This document shows, piece after piece, positions 24,731 to 36,996 of a DNA stretch of 64,000 bases; position 1 is the stretch's first letter; each line of letters begins with the position of its first letter. The DNA comes from Eledone cirrhosa. Its lineage: Eukaryota. Below the pieces are notes generated by a model. It did no database searches. It was given only the letters and a program-made list of their open reading frames with translations, and was not told the DNA's origin. The stretch lies in the NCBI GenBank assembly GCA_964016885.1, contig OZ024743.1, positions 29,884,001 to 29,948,000 on the forward strand, given 5' to 3'. Position numbers and translations under genes: made by a program.

Positions 24731-27700
24731 TTACGGATACATACTCAGAATAGGCCGATTCACTCGGGCCGTTCTTGCTTCTCTCACCCATCTTTCAACA
24801 AAATGCTGGGAAGAGAGCACTTCCCTCTCTACTCTGATTTTCCTTTTCAAATGAAATTTGAAAAAGTCAATCAGAGCATCACGGAAGAGTTAAGTGCTCG
24901 TCTTCAGCCCTTTCAAACGTGTCCACCATACTATCTCTTTCGCCATGGCCACCAGACAGATAAAAACTGCCTGGCCTTCCCGGCTAAAGGAAGACGGCGG
25001 GGCAATCCTCACAATGGACTCAGATGATAGCCGGATCCGTCCTACACGCGACAGCAGGTGTTCCACATAAACCGACAAGTCAGCAATTTTCGGACACTGG
25101 ACGAGTGCGTGCAGGACGGTTTCGTCGCCCTGCGCGCATCTCGGACATGCCCGGCTGACGGCACCTCCATGCCTGTAGAGTTTATCCCAAACTGGCAAAG
25201 CTCCTCGGTAGCACTGCCAGACCAGAGATTTCCGGAAGTTGTCCATAGGCCCCGGCCCGAAAGTTCTTCCGAGAGATTGGCTCGTTGATTTTCGTCGACG
25301 CCTAGAGTTTCCCCAAGTACGTCGTCGCTCTTCCCCTCCACTAATCCTCTATAGAACGCCGAGGTGGAGTTTCCACCGATCACATTGCCCGATTGGTCGA
25401 GGGCTGTGAGCGCCTGAAGACATTCCAGTCTCCAGGCGCTCCCTCTCGGTCTTCGCTTCACCCAGGACTGCCGCTCCGTCAAGGAAACGAGCTGGGGAAA
25501 TACGTGTCTAGCAAACGGCAACCACACCTGATCACCGTCGAGGAAGAGGTGGAGATGTCGTAGCCTGAGCGTGTGTCTGCGCATCATCAGCCCCGGCATA
25601 CCCAGCCCTCCACGTAGCGGGTGTTGACAGCAGATGGACCGCCTGACTATCGGAGCGCGTCTCTTCCACAAAAAGCGAAAGAGCAAACGCTCCAGCGCAG
25701 TCAGGCGGGGCTTAGGACAAGGTACGACGGTCAGGCGGTAGCAGATGACAGACGCGATGTACGCATTAGCCACCTCCACTCGACCTTTCAGGGATAGCTT
25801 CCTCTCCGCCCATTTCTGGGTTTGAGAAGCCACCCTTCAGGTCACCTCGTCCCAGTTTTTGTCCGTCTGGAGGTCCGGACCGAACCAAACCCCTAGCAAT
25901 TTAACCGATCCGTCCGTCCAGCGTCCGACGACGCTGTTGGACGGCAGGACCTGCTTCTCCAGGTGCCGAGCTGCAGGCCCACTGACTTTTCCTGGTCGAT
26001 CATTGCTCCTGTCACCGCTTCGTTATCTCTTAGTGTAGTGCCGATCGCCTAGATGTGTTTGGCGTTCGACACAACTACGGTGACATAGTCCGAATATACT
26101 GACACGGATAGTCCGCATCCTAGTTCGCGCGGGACGCCCCTCAACGTCTCCAGTTTGTGCAGTAATGGCTCGAGAGTCAATACGTACAAGAGGGACGAGA
26201 GGGGACATCCTTGGCGGACCGAGCGCATGATGTTGAACGGTTCCGAAAGGTGACCATTCACTCTCTTCACAGAGCAGATGTCGCTGTGCATGGCAGCGAT
26301 CCAGCCTCTGAAGACGGGCCCAAAGCCAGCCGCCTTCAGGACTGCCGCTAGGTAACGATGGTCGACCCTATCGAAGGCTTTCGACTGATCTAAATTGATC
26401 AAGGACCCACCCGTGCCAGGTTCCCTAGCTACCCTCTCTACGATGTATCGCATGAGGTTGAGGTTGTCGTGGATGGATCTGTTGGGAATGGCGCATGTCT
26501 GCGCCTCTCCCATCAGACCAGCAACGACAAGCGCCAATCTCTTTGCTCGCACCTTGGCCACAATCTTGAACTCTGTGTTTAGCAGAGTTATTGCCCTGAA
26601 ATTATCTATGTTATCCCCCTTGTTCGGATCCTTTCTCAGCACCGCTACAGCTCCTCGGCTCACAGAGCTGGGAATACTCCCGTTCTGTTGTCAGTTGCAG
26701 TAGACGTCCGTCAAGAGGCCTTCGAACAAATCTGGCATCTATACGTAAAGTTCATAGGGCAGACCATTCAAACCAGGCGATTTACCCATTGTGCAGCCAG
26801 CTATTGCCTCCCGTACTTCAGCGGCTGTTATCGCTTTTCGCAACACTCCGCCTCAGTGGCCGAAAGCCGCGGCAGTCCGTCGAGATAGACACTAAAGTCC
26901 ATCCTTCGATCCGGCCCGCCGCTGCCCCCGAACAGCTGTGATATGTGTCGCTGAAAAGATTCACACATTTGCCCGGGATCGAGTAGCATGCGCCCGTCGT
27001 CGTCCACCAAAGACCGGATCGTGGCTTTGTTGCCACGACGCGCCTCCGCCACTCGGGCCCATTGAACGGCTTTCGTCCCCTCGTGTCTGAGAGCACATAC
27101 CCTAGCTCTGACAACTCAGCCTTCGTGCTTTAATTTGAAGAATTGGTCAAGGGCCAATTTCGCCGCAAGTACGTCGGTCGCGATGCCTTTGCTAAGCGCC
27201 TCGTCTAATTTTCTAACTAATTCTCCCTCTGTTCAGTGTCGCTGAAAGGCTTCACACATTTGCCCGGGATCGAGTAGCATTGAGCGGCTTTCGTCCCCTC
27301 GTGTCTGAGTGCACGCACCCTAGCTCTGACAACGCAGCCTTCGTTCTTTCCATTGAAGAATTGGCCAAGGGACAATTTCGCCGCAAGTACGTCGGTCGCG
27401 ATGCTTCTGCTAAGCGCCTCGTCTAATTTTCTAACTAATTCTCCCTCTGCTCTATTTTTCTCTATCGCTAAAGCCTTACTAAAACTAATGGACTCTATTC
27501 TAATTGCTGTTTTCAGAGCAAACCACCACTTGTTGTTGACGATGGCCCCCGTCAACGCCCGCTTAACTAGTTCGCTAATCCGGTCTCTGTAGGCCTTGCG
27601 CGCTGGTGAGGACGCGTTTAGCTTCCAGTAGCCGGGTCCTTGTCTATGAAGCCTATCTAAGTCAAGGACACAGATCATAAATTTGTGGTCTGTGTAGCTG

Positions 27701-28365
27701 ACTATCTTGAATTGTGGACAGCCTATGCTAGACCTATCTATTTCCCCACAGAATTCTCTATCTAGGTATGATCTGGATGACCCTATGCGATTTGTCCAAG
27801 TCCACATTGGCACATTCGGGAAATCCAATCGGTACCTGTCAGACAGTTCAAAACGCCTGAGCAGGTTGATGGGACTCTTGCACCCTCCTCCCGTATCCGC
27901 TAATCCCACACAGTCCCAGCGTGCATCTAAGATCCCGTTCCAGTCGCCCACTAACACTAAGGAGCGGGACGTTCCAAGAAAGTTCTCCAGACGCCGGAAG
28001 AAATCAGGCCGCACTGCTCCTGTTGGGGCATAGACGGCCACTAGCCTGAAAGCTTGCCCGTCTCTGCTTGTCACGTCCAGCACCACCAACTTATCTTCTG
28101 GGTCCAGGAAGATGGCCCGTATGGCGAGATCCAAACCTCTCCGAAAAGCACAGGAACTTCTCCCCCCCGATCCCGGACGGCTGGTAGATGCGTACACATC
28201 GTAGCCGCCGAAGATCGGTGCGAAGGCTCGTGTTTCGGAGATTCTGGTCTCGCTGCTGGCCACTACATCTATGTTTAGTGACCTGAGGTCGTTGAGCAGG
28301 TGGCCCTGCTTCCATGACGACCCCAATCCACGCGCATTTATGCTGCCTATTCTGAGTGAGGTCAT
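24731..28365 (-). pseudogene. Tx1-like ORF2 (AP endonuclease + reverse transcriptase + CCHC), frameshifted
   Basis: MTSLRIGSINARGL, GDWN, TDH, QSKAFDRVDH, RQGCPLS, YSDY, CPRC..ETVLHALVQC. Confidence 0.92.
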
Positions 28366-28398
28366 GTTGAAATGGAGTGGAAAGATGGGAAAGACCAC

Positions 28399-30330
28399 TT
28401 ACCTTACTTCTGGTAGAGGAAGGACGGTTTCTCCATCCTTTTCACTGCTTTTGGCCTCCTCAGGAAGGATGTCCTTATAAATCCTCCTGGAGAGTGCTTG
28501 TCGGAAGTCTCCGATGTCTTTGGGGAATTTTTGTTTTAGTGTCATGTACGTTTCCTGTGTGATGCGAGTGATTTGTATGTGTGGAGGTGGTGTGAACTTT
28601 TGGGTTGTTGTGTAGTCTTTTTCTGTGATGCTGGTGTTGTGTTGGATGTAGTGTAATAATTGGTTGTTGTACAAATTTAATGCTGTGTAGTGTGTATCAT
28701 TTTGGTTGTTTTGTTTTGTTTGCGTTTGTTGTGGCTTTGTTTCTGTTTCGCTTTTTGGTGACTTTTGTGGTGTTGGTGATGCTCGTGTTGGGGTTAAAGA
28801 TGGTGATGGTGTTGGTGTTTGTGGTGATGGGGTTGGTGATGCTGGTGTGGATGCTGGCATATCTGTCCTAACTTTTTGTTTGATAGTTTATTTGTTTCCC
28901 ACTGTATTTTGTTTTTGGAGGGGGGTGGAAGAGAACTTTTTCTTTTTTGGTTTCTTTTTTTCTTTTTTCCTGATACCGTTTCCCACTCCTCGTCGTCACA
29001 ATCTGTCTCCAGTTGTGATAGGCCGGGGACTGGTAAATCCTCCACAGGCGTTAGCTTTGGTTGTGGCGTGGTGTATGGTGTAGGCGCTGGTGCTAGTTCT
29101 GACGCATTGGGTGGTGGTGGTGTCGGTATTGCTACTGTTGCTGGGGTTGTTGCTGTTACAGTTGCTTCTGTTGTTGCTGCTACAGTTGTTGCTGCTATCG
29201 CTGCTACTGGTGGTGTTGATGGTTGCGTCACTGGGGTGGGTAAGAGAAGTGGCCTCAACCTTTTAGCCTGAGGGCAGAAAGCCCTTAGGTGGGTTCCTTC
29301 AGCGCAAACGTCACACCTAAGCCTTCTGCCCTCGACAATTACGGTGAGGTGGCTGCCGTTAGTGAGGTCTATTACCTCTGGGATCTCCTCAATGCTTTTT
29401 TGGTCCGCTTGGATCATAAGCTCCATCCCTGATCCCGACCAGTTCTCCTGTTTTTCTTTCGCTATTTCGATTATCTTGGTGTTGTCTTCGATGCCCGCGA
29501 GGACGGCAGCTATTAGCCAGGGAATTTCGATGGCCGGTGGTACGTGGGTGACCCTGATCTTTACGAGTCTCTGGCCACAATAGCTTGGGACGAGTGTGAA
29601 GTCGTCACTTCTTAATGTGGCTATGGAGTGTTATCTAGCCTCCTGTGGTTTTTCAAAGAACACGTCCACGGTTCCATACTTTTGCCCAAGTCTGATGTGG
29701 GTTTTTTTGCCCACACATGTCCCAAAGCATTTTGGATTTGAGACTCGGATGCCCGTTCCACTCGGCGCGATTTTATATTAATTGTTCGATAAGACACGGT
29801 GCATAGGCGCCGATGCTCCATTTTATTAGGAGGGGGGGGAGGATGACCCTTTACCCATCTTTCTTTACCATTTTTTTGGCTTCTTCTAATTCCTCCTGAG
29901 TTACCTGAAATGCTTCGCACTGTTTTGCTACTCTGGCAAAACTTAGGGTGGTTTTCTTAATGTCATTGTTGCCGTTGTTGTTATCGTTATTTTTGTTATT
30001 AGTAATTTTAGTTTCAGTTGTGGTGGTGGTGGCGTCAGTGGTGTTCGGTGTGGAAGAGTTAATTTTGGTTGAATTCATTTCGATATCACGAGTTAATTAA
30101 TTTTTTTCTTTTGTTTCTGTTGTCGCGGTGGTGGCGGTGGTGGCGGCTTTAACACATGCAGTCATTGGTAATGGCGGGAAATGAATGTCTGCCTGAGACC
30201 AATTTAAAATATTTCTACTGCTTATATTTTTAGTGTTGGCAAACGTAGTAATATTTACAATGGTAGTGTCGGTGTGAGGTGTTAGTTTGTGAGGAAGGCT
30301 GTCAGCTTCGTGTGGCTGTCAGGCATCCAT
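28399..30330 (-). pseudogene. Tx1-like ORF1 (gag-like zinc knuckle, Pro/Thr-rich), disrupted
   Basis: SFARVAK, VEGRRLRCDVCAEGTHLRAFC, low-complexity tail. Confidence 0.8.
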
Positions 30331-30553
30331 GTTTATTTCAAAGAAAGTTTTTTTTGATAATTATAAAAGTTTAAATTTCGGGCTCAAGGCCCAAATTTTT
30401 TTGAGTGTCCTTTTCGGACATAAGTGAATGTGCACTTATATAGAGTTAACAATACAAATTTTCCATAAATGGCAATTTTAAACAAACGAAAACAACAAAC
30501 CTTTGCGGAGCTCACGATGATACGACTTGCTACGTAGGTCGCCAATAATAATG

Positions 30554-30599
<46 letters not shown>

Positions 30600-30600
<1 letters not shown>

Positions 30601-31670
30601 CATGTTCCACAAGAGGAGTGATGTCGATAGACTCTACCTAAGGAGATCTGAGGGTGGAAGAGGTCTTATCAGCATAGAGGACTGTGTTCAGATGGAGAAA
30701 AACAACCTATACAAATACGTGACCTATAGTAAGGAGCCAATGCTCAGAGCTGTACTGAAGGAGGGGACAGTAGGCCAGGGGATGTCCAGGGAGGAAATAA
30801 CATCAAGGAGGAAGAGCAGCCTTAAGGGAAAACCCCTTCATAGTACCTTCTTTGAGAAAACTGAATTTAGAGATCCACAGACATGGAACTGGTTGAGAAG
30901 AGGAGACCTCAAAAAGGCTACAGAAGGAATGCTAATGGCTGCGCAGGAGCAGGCCCTCAAAACGAAGTAGTTGAAGCACCATATCTACAAGGAGGAGGCC
31001 AGCCCATTGTGCAGGATCTGTGGAGAGAGAGAGGAGACTGTGGCTCACATTGTGTCCGAGTGTAAACACCTAGCCCAGACCCACTATAAGGGCTGGAGAC
31101 ACGATGTGATGGGCAGGGTCATCCACTGGCACCTGTGCAAAGTAAACAATCTACCACATTCTGAGAAATGGTATGAGCATAGGCCAGAGGCGGTGATGGA
31201 GAACAATCAGGTGAAGGTGCTGTGGGATTTTAGGATACAGACGGACAAAAAACTGGAACACAATAGACCTGACCTGGTGGTTGTGGACAAAGAAAAAAGA
31301 TCGTGCCTGATTGTGGATGTGGCCTGCCCGTTCGACACGAGAGTGCAAGAGAAGGAGAGGGAGAAAATTAACCGATACCAGGACCTAAAGTGGGAGGTGA
31401 AAAGGATTTGGAACTGCCATGAAGTCAAAGTGATCCCGATTGTCATAGGCGCACTGGGGACTATCTCCAAAAGTTTCCAGGGATGGTTAAAGAAAATCGG
31501 CCCCTTCACGCTTTTTGGAACGCTTCAAAAGGCATGCTTGCTTGGAACAGCAAGAACCCTCCGATACGTCCTGAATATCTGAGGCTGCAGGTAGTGGCTT
31601 GATATTCAATCCAACGGACTTTCCAATTAACCAACATCAATGACTGAGATTCAAGGAATAATAATAATAA
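30600..31670 (+). mobile_element. 5'-truncated R4/Dong-like LINE (RT C-terminus, CCHC, restriction-like endonuclease) in (TAA)n
   Basis: RLYLRRSEGGRGL, CRICGEREETVAHIVSEC, RHD, WD..TD..NRPDLVV..IVDVACPFD..EKINRY. One stop codon; (AAT)n on both sides. Confidence 0.92.
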
Positions 31671-31852
31671 TTGTTTCTACTTTTGGAACAAGGCAAGCAA
31701 ATACCCAGTGTATTACTGGTAGTTTATTTTATCGAGCCCGTAAGGATGAAAGGCAAAGTTAACATCCGGGGGATTTGAATTCAGAATGGCAAGGGCCATA
31801 ACTCTACGTGTCAAAGCATGGCGTCTGACCCTCTACCGATACTGCCAATCCA
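31668..31852 (-). mobile_element. tRNA-derived SINE
   Basis: Same family as 10768-10957. Confidence 0.85.
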
Positions 31853-31857
31853 ATAAT

Positions 31858-33818
31858 CCTCGATATGAGTGTTTAAATGTCGAACCTAAACAGTTCGAAT
31901 AACGGTGAAAAAGAGACTGGAACGTCATGTGAAAGACTCTCACCCAGCAAGTGCTTTGGCCCAGCAGCAGGAACCTGGCTGTCGTCCAAATACTGCTGGT
32001 GCTGGAGGAAGAAGAAGAAGGAAAGGGACAAGGACCAACTGGACGAAAGAATTGAATATAACTGTCATGAAATGTTACCTGAAGAGTAACCTCATGGAAA
32101 AAGGCTATAGGAAACGGATGCATAACACCTGGAACGAGATTGGTCTATTTAAATTAGATAAACAAAAATTGGCCGGGCATGGCTCGGGTAATAAGAACTA
32201 ATGTATGGATAAGCGAGTTGAAACTGGAAGAACTGAGCAGAGAGATTAAGTTGGAAATGGAGAGTGGAGTATGTCAGGCAAACGAGTCAGTGGGAAATGA
32301 AAGTGAATAGGTTGAGAGAGCTGAGGAAGCATCCGAAGCAGACAATGATCTGAATGCTGAAATAAATAACATCTGGAACAAAGATACGGCCATTGAGGAA
32401 ATGAATCCTGACGGGCTAGGACAAGATTTGTTTGACATCCTGAACTTAGTGGTAGATGAAATGAATAATGATAGTGGAAAACCTATGAACCTAAGATTTG
32501 TAGACAGGAAAAAGTTAAAAGAAACAACAGCTAAGGTAAACAAAGTCATCCCATACCTTGAGGCGAGGAACCTTCACCAATGCAACAATATCCTCAAAGC
32601 AACTCCAAATGTGGTGAGGAAATTACTTGGCATAAAAACGAGAGGAAACAACAAACAAGAAAGATCAGAACTTTGGTGAAAGAAACGACTGAATAGTCAA
32701 ATCAAGGAAATGAGAAAAGACATTGGAAAGCTTGAGTCCTTACTGAATGGGACATTACAAAACTAAAGAAGGATTGGAAATAAAATACAAAACTAGGGGG
32801 AAAAAGCTAAATATTATCATAGAGGACCTGAAGCAAGGCATTGTTGCAAAAGGTGCAAAGATTAGGCCGTATGAGAACAGAGTCAGTCAGTATAGACAGA
32901 ACCGCATGTTTGAAAACAACCAGATGTTGTTTGGACAGCTTGAAGGGAAAGAAACAGGCAACGACGTGATCCCTGAGGCGGAACAGACTAAGACATTCTG
33001 GAGAGGAATATGGGAGCAGGATGTTGAACATAATAGTCAGGCAGTGTGGATTGAGACAGTTCAAAAGGAGATTAGTGAACAAGCACACCAACAACCTGAT
33101 TTGAGTATCACAGTTGAAACTCTTAAAGGGCAGGCCAAAAAACTAGCCAACTCGAAATCACCAGATGGTGTGTAGGGGTATTGGATTAAACATATAACAT
33201 CCCTCCACTCGAAACTGACAACCATGTTCAATGACTGGTTGATATCGGTTGATGTACCACAGTTCTGGTAATGAAAGTCCGAATCAAGGGTAATGATGTT
33301 ACCAACTATAGGCCTATCACATGTCTGTTCGTAATCTGGAAACTGTTAACAAGCATTGTGTCTGAGGATGTCTACCATCATAAACAACTTGTGACCCGAC
33401 GAACAGAAAGGATGCCGAAAGAAGTCCTGTAGTACAAAAGACCAGTTACTTATTGATAAGATGGTAACGAGGAACTGCAAGAGGAGACACACTGGTCTTG
33501 CCATGGGATGGATAGATTACAAAAAGGCATTCGACATGGTATCTCATTTTGGATACCCAAAAGCCTGGAGATCTTCAAGGTGGCAGATAACATCAGACAG
33601 TTGTTGAGCAAAAGTATGAAGTCCTGGGAAACAGAGTTAACATCGGGTCGAGAATCTTTGGGAAGCGTGAAGATCAAGAGAGGTATCTTCTAGGGAGATA
33701 GTTTGTCCCCTCAGCTGTTTGTCCTTGCCCTGATACTATTTGCTTGATATTCATTTCAACAAACTTTCCAGTTAAATAACATCAATGACTGAGACTCAAA
33801 GAACAATAATAATAATAA
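31858..33818 (+). mobile_element. Internally deleted R4/Dong-like LINE (N-terminus and RT joined to the 3' UTR)
   Basis: [50 protein letters not shown]. Jumps at about 33740 to a 3' UTR matching 31597-31660. Confidence 0.88.
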
Positions 33819-33992
33819 TTGTTTCTACGTTTGGCACAAGACCAGCAGTTACCCAGTACATTACTGGTTCTTTATTTTATCGACCCCGTAAGGATGAAAG
33901 GCAAAGTTAACCTCGGCGGGATTTGAACTCAGAATGACAAGGGCCGTAACTCTATACGTCAAAGGATGGCGTCTGATCCTCTACCGATACTA
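33815..33992 (-). mobile_element. tRNA-derived SINE
   Basis: Same family as 10768-10957. Confidence 0.85.
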
Positions 33993-34020
33993 CTACTACT
34001 AATAATAATACTAATAATAA

Positions 34021-34086
<66 letters not shown>

Positions 34087-34154
34087 GTTTTACGGGGAAA
34101 ATATAATAAAAGATAATAAAAGAAAACGGAACTTGCATATATAAATGAAACAGT

Positions 34155-34775
34155 CCTGCACGCAACTGTACACTGCCCGGGCGTAACCGACCTGAGGAAC
34201 TATGCAGAACAACTGCTGTCGCGTATGGGACAAATCCAGTTGACTACCGAGTCCATAGTAAGGATCAGACCGCCAGCCTCTTTCAAAAACAAAAGAGAGG
34301 CGGTTTTCCTCTGTACAGTGGCTATGGTGAAAGAGGTTATATGGTGGACGAGATTGAGAGGACTGAGGACAGATGCCTTTCTCTCCGGACAACAATTCAT
34401 TCCCTTCTTTAAGTATCACTTTAGAAGGAGAATCCGAGTGGAGAGAGAGACATTGCACCCCAGTAAATTTACTGAAAGGTGGGTGAATGAAGCGAAAATG
34501 GCCCGAGTGACTGTGCTTTCTCTGTTTATAAGCCTCTAGGTTAAAGAAGAGGGCAAAAAGAAGAAAGGAGCACTTGCACAACACGCTCCTGGAGTTGGGG
34601 GTTGTTCTATCGGCGGGGTATTTAACAACCCATTTGTGGCGCTTCCCCTCTATTAGGGATTTCGATTGTTGTAATTGTTTGTTTTATATTTTTTACACGA
34701 CTGTATGTAAAATCCCCGGCATGTCTTTGTATTATCCCCTTTTTTGTGCGCCCTTGTGGCAAGTAAGGAAATCAA
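34155..34775 (+). mobile_element. 5'-truncated Tx1-like LINE (ORF2 end and 3' UTR)
   Basis: HATVHCPGV..AMVKEVIWWTRLRGL..ERWV. Followed by (TCTA)n. Confidence 0.88.
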
Positions 34776-35032
34776 TCTATCTTAATATCTATCTATCTAT
34801 CTATCTCTCTATCAGACATGTGTAACTTCGCGGAGAAGTTTCCGTTAATTTATGTAAGAAAAAAACGTGAGTTTTCAGTTAAATTTTATATTATTGTGTA
34901 ACTTGACCCCCTGTCTGGACTTTCAGATGGTGGGTCATCTCATTTTCGCCCCTACAGGGGCGAAATATTCGTTTTAAAATTTTTTCTCCAACGAATTTTG
35001 AAAAAAAAAAAAATTATAAGTTTGATTACGTT

Positions 35033-36963
35033 ATGAACGCTGCGTTCAACGATAATGGTGGTGGAGAGTCGGTAAGACTACAAAGCTCGCAGTCGACATC
35101 GTCTTCTTCCCTTTCCTTCTCAATAGATACTATAGAGATGGAAAGACGAAATGAAAATGTAAAAACAAATTCATTTGCAAACAACACAAATGACACCAAA
35201 CAGTTCAATGACAACAAAAATAACAGCAACACCAATAATGATGATAAAAACAACAATGATAACGACAACAAAGAAAAAAATAAAGACAACACCAATAACA
35301 CCAGCATCAAAGACAACAACAACACCAAGGAAAATAGGAATAATATCAACATCGGTGACAACAAGAATAACAACAACAATAACAACAATAATGACAACAC
35401 CACCAACACGGATAAATCCACAAAGAAACCAAAAATCTCCTTTGCACAGACAGTTCAGAAAAAGGTGGAACTGACATATCTCGACATAACAAATGCTGAA
35501 CAACTTTTAAAGGACGCTAGGAGATATGTCACTTTCGAAAAAAATGGTCCTTTCAGCATCAATTCTCCGGTAGAAATTCGCAAGGAAACTGCTCTCAAAA
35601 CGATAGTTTTTAGGACAGTTCCAATTCTACCCGAAAACCAGTCCAATTGTCACAGAAAGAAAATTGAACTGGTTTTCAAAAATTCAATGAATGATATTGC
35701 ATTCATTCAAAGAAGCAAACTTTTTGGGAGTATTTCGGTACTCATGAAGGATCAATTGACTGCCCAAAATTACTCTGTGTCGCCAATTGTATCCAACCTG
35801 TACACCTTTTTCCCTACATACATGGGAAAAGAACACAAAAGATCAAAACCACGAGTGTCACACCAAAAATGAACATATGGTGGATACTGTGCGGCTTTAT
35901 CAATTTTGATGAAGACAGAATACTGTCAGTAGGAAAGTCCCCCTGAGATGTATTCAATGGGACAAGCATTGACGTTCTGGTGCAAATGAGCCCAGAGCGA
36001 ATAGCTATGATCCCACAACGTGTACTCCTGGACAGACTCACCTACATAAACTTTTCGGTTGAGGGTAGGCGGCTTTCATGTTACCATTGCTTTAGCAGGG
36101 GTCACCTGAGGGCTTCCTGTCCTAAATTAATGAATCATAAAAAGGCTCTTCTGCCGACACCCATCAAAACAACACAACCACCAACACCACCACAACAACA
36201 ACAACTCCAACATACAAAAATAACCACAACAAACACAGTCCCACCCAACCCCACTCCACCTAAAACCACTGCAAAATCACATACAGACGCAACAGCTCCC
36301 CAAGACATACCCCTCCCCAATCACACAGACGATACAACAGATGAGGCTATCTCGCCATCACCCAGTGAAGACGAGGGAGAACCCCATCGCTCGAAAAGAA
36401 AGAAAAGACATCACAAAAGCAAAAAACCAGCAATCATTACCAGAAACATACGACCACCAACACAACCAACAAAAACATCACAAACAAAACCCCCACCTCC
36501 TGAAAACAAAATGCCTACAACAAAACGAAAGCACACACAAGAACTACAGACAAAAACAAACACAACACAAGAAAATTACATTTACACTTACATAAACACT
36601 GAAAACAAAACACAAATGGAGACCACCACGAACGACCCTTCGGTGAAAACCGAAGGGAAAACTTTCGCCCACTCTATTAAAAATAACAAAAAACTGAACC
36701 TAAAACTGATTAGGGTCCCTATACAAACTTATAGGTCCCTAAAAGAAGGATTTGAGAAGGATGTGGGGAATTCCTGCGTGAAACCACTGAACCGCGTCCT
36801 TCTCAAATGTCTCCCCACCCCAGAGACCCCCATCCCACCAGACCCCACCACACCAAACGTTTCTGTCCCCACCACACCGGAAACCACCACCCATCCAGAC
36901 AACCCCTCCAACACCACCATGGAAATCGTGCAGCCTGGTCCCCAGGAAACGAAGAGTGAGTGA
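35033..36963 (+). pseudogene. Tx1-like ORF1 (Asn-rich N-terminus, CX2CX4HX4C knuckle)
   Basis: SFAQTV, VEGRRLSCYHCFSRGHLRASC. Frameshift and stop near 35830-35950. Confidence 0.85.
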
Positions 36964-36996
36964 TTTCTTTTCCTCTTTTAACTTTTCAGCACCAAC

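Larger units (their letters stand above)
24670..30543 (-). mobile_element. Near full-length Tx1/L1-clade LINE, disrupted
   Basis: ORF1 with a CCHC knuckle, ORF2 with APE, RT and zinc finger; 5' UTR to about 30543. Confidence 0.93.

Noticed and set aside
34085-34153. Possible inverted Tx1 3' end (twin-priming-like)
   Set aside because: Similarity is weak and AT-rich; cannot be established by eye.
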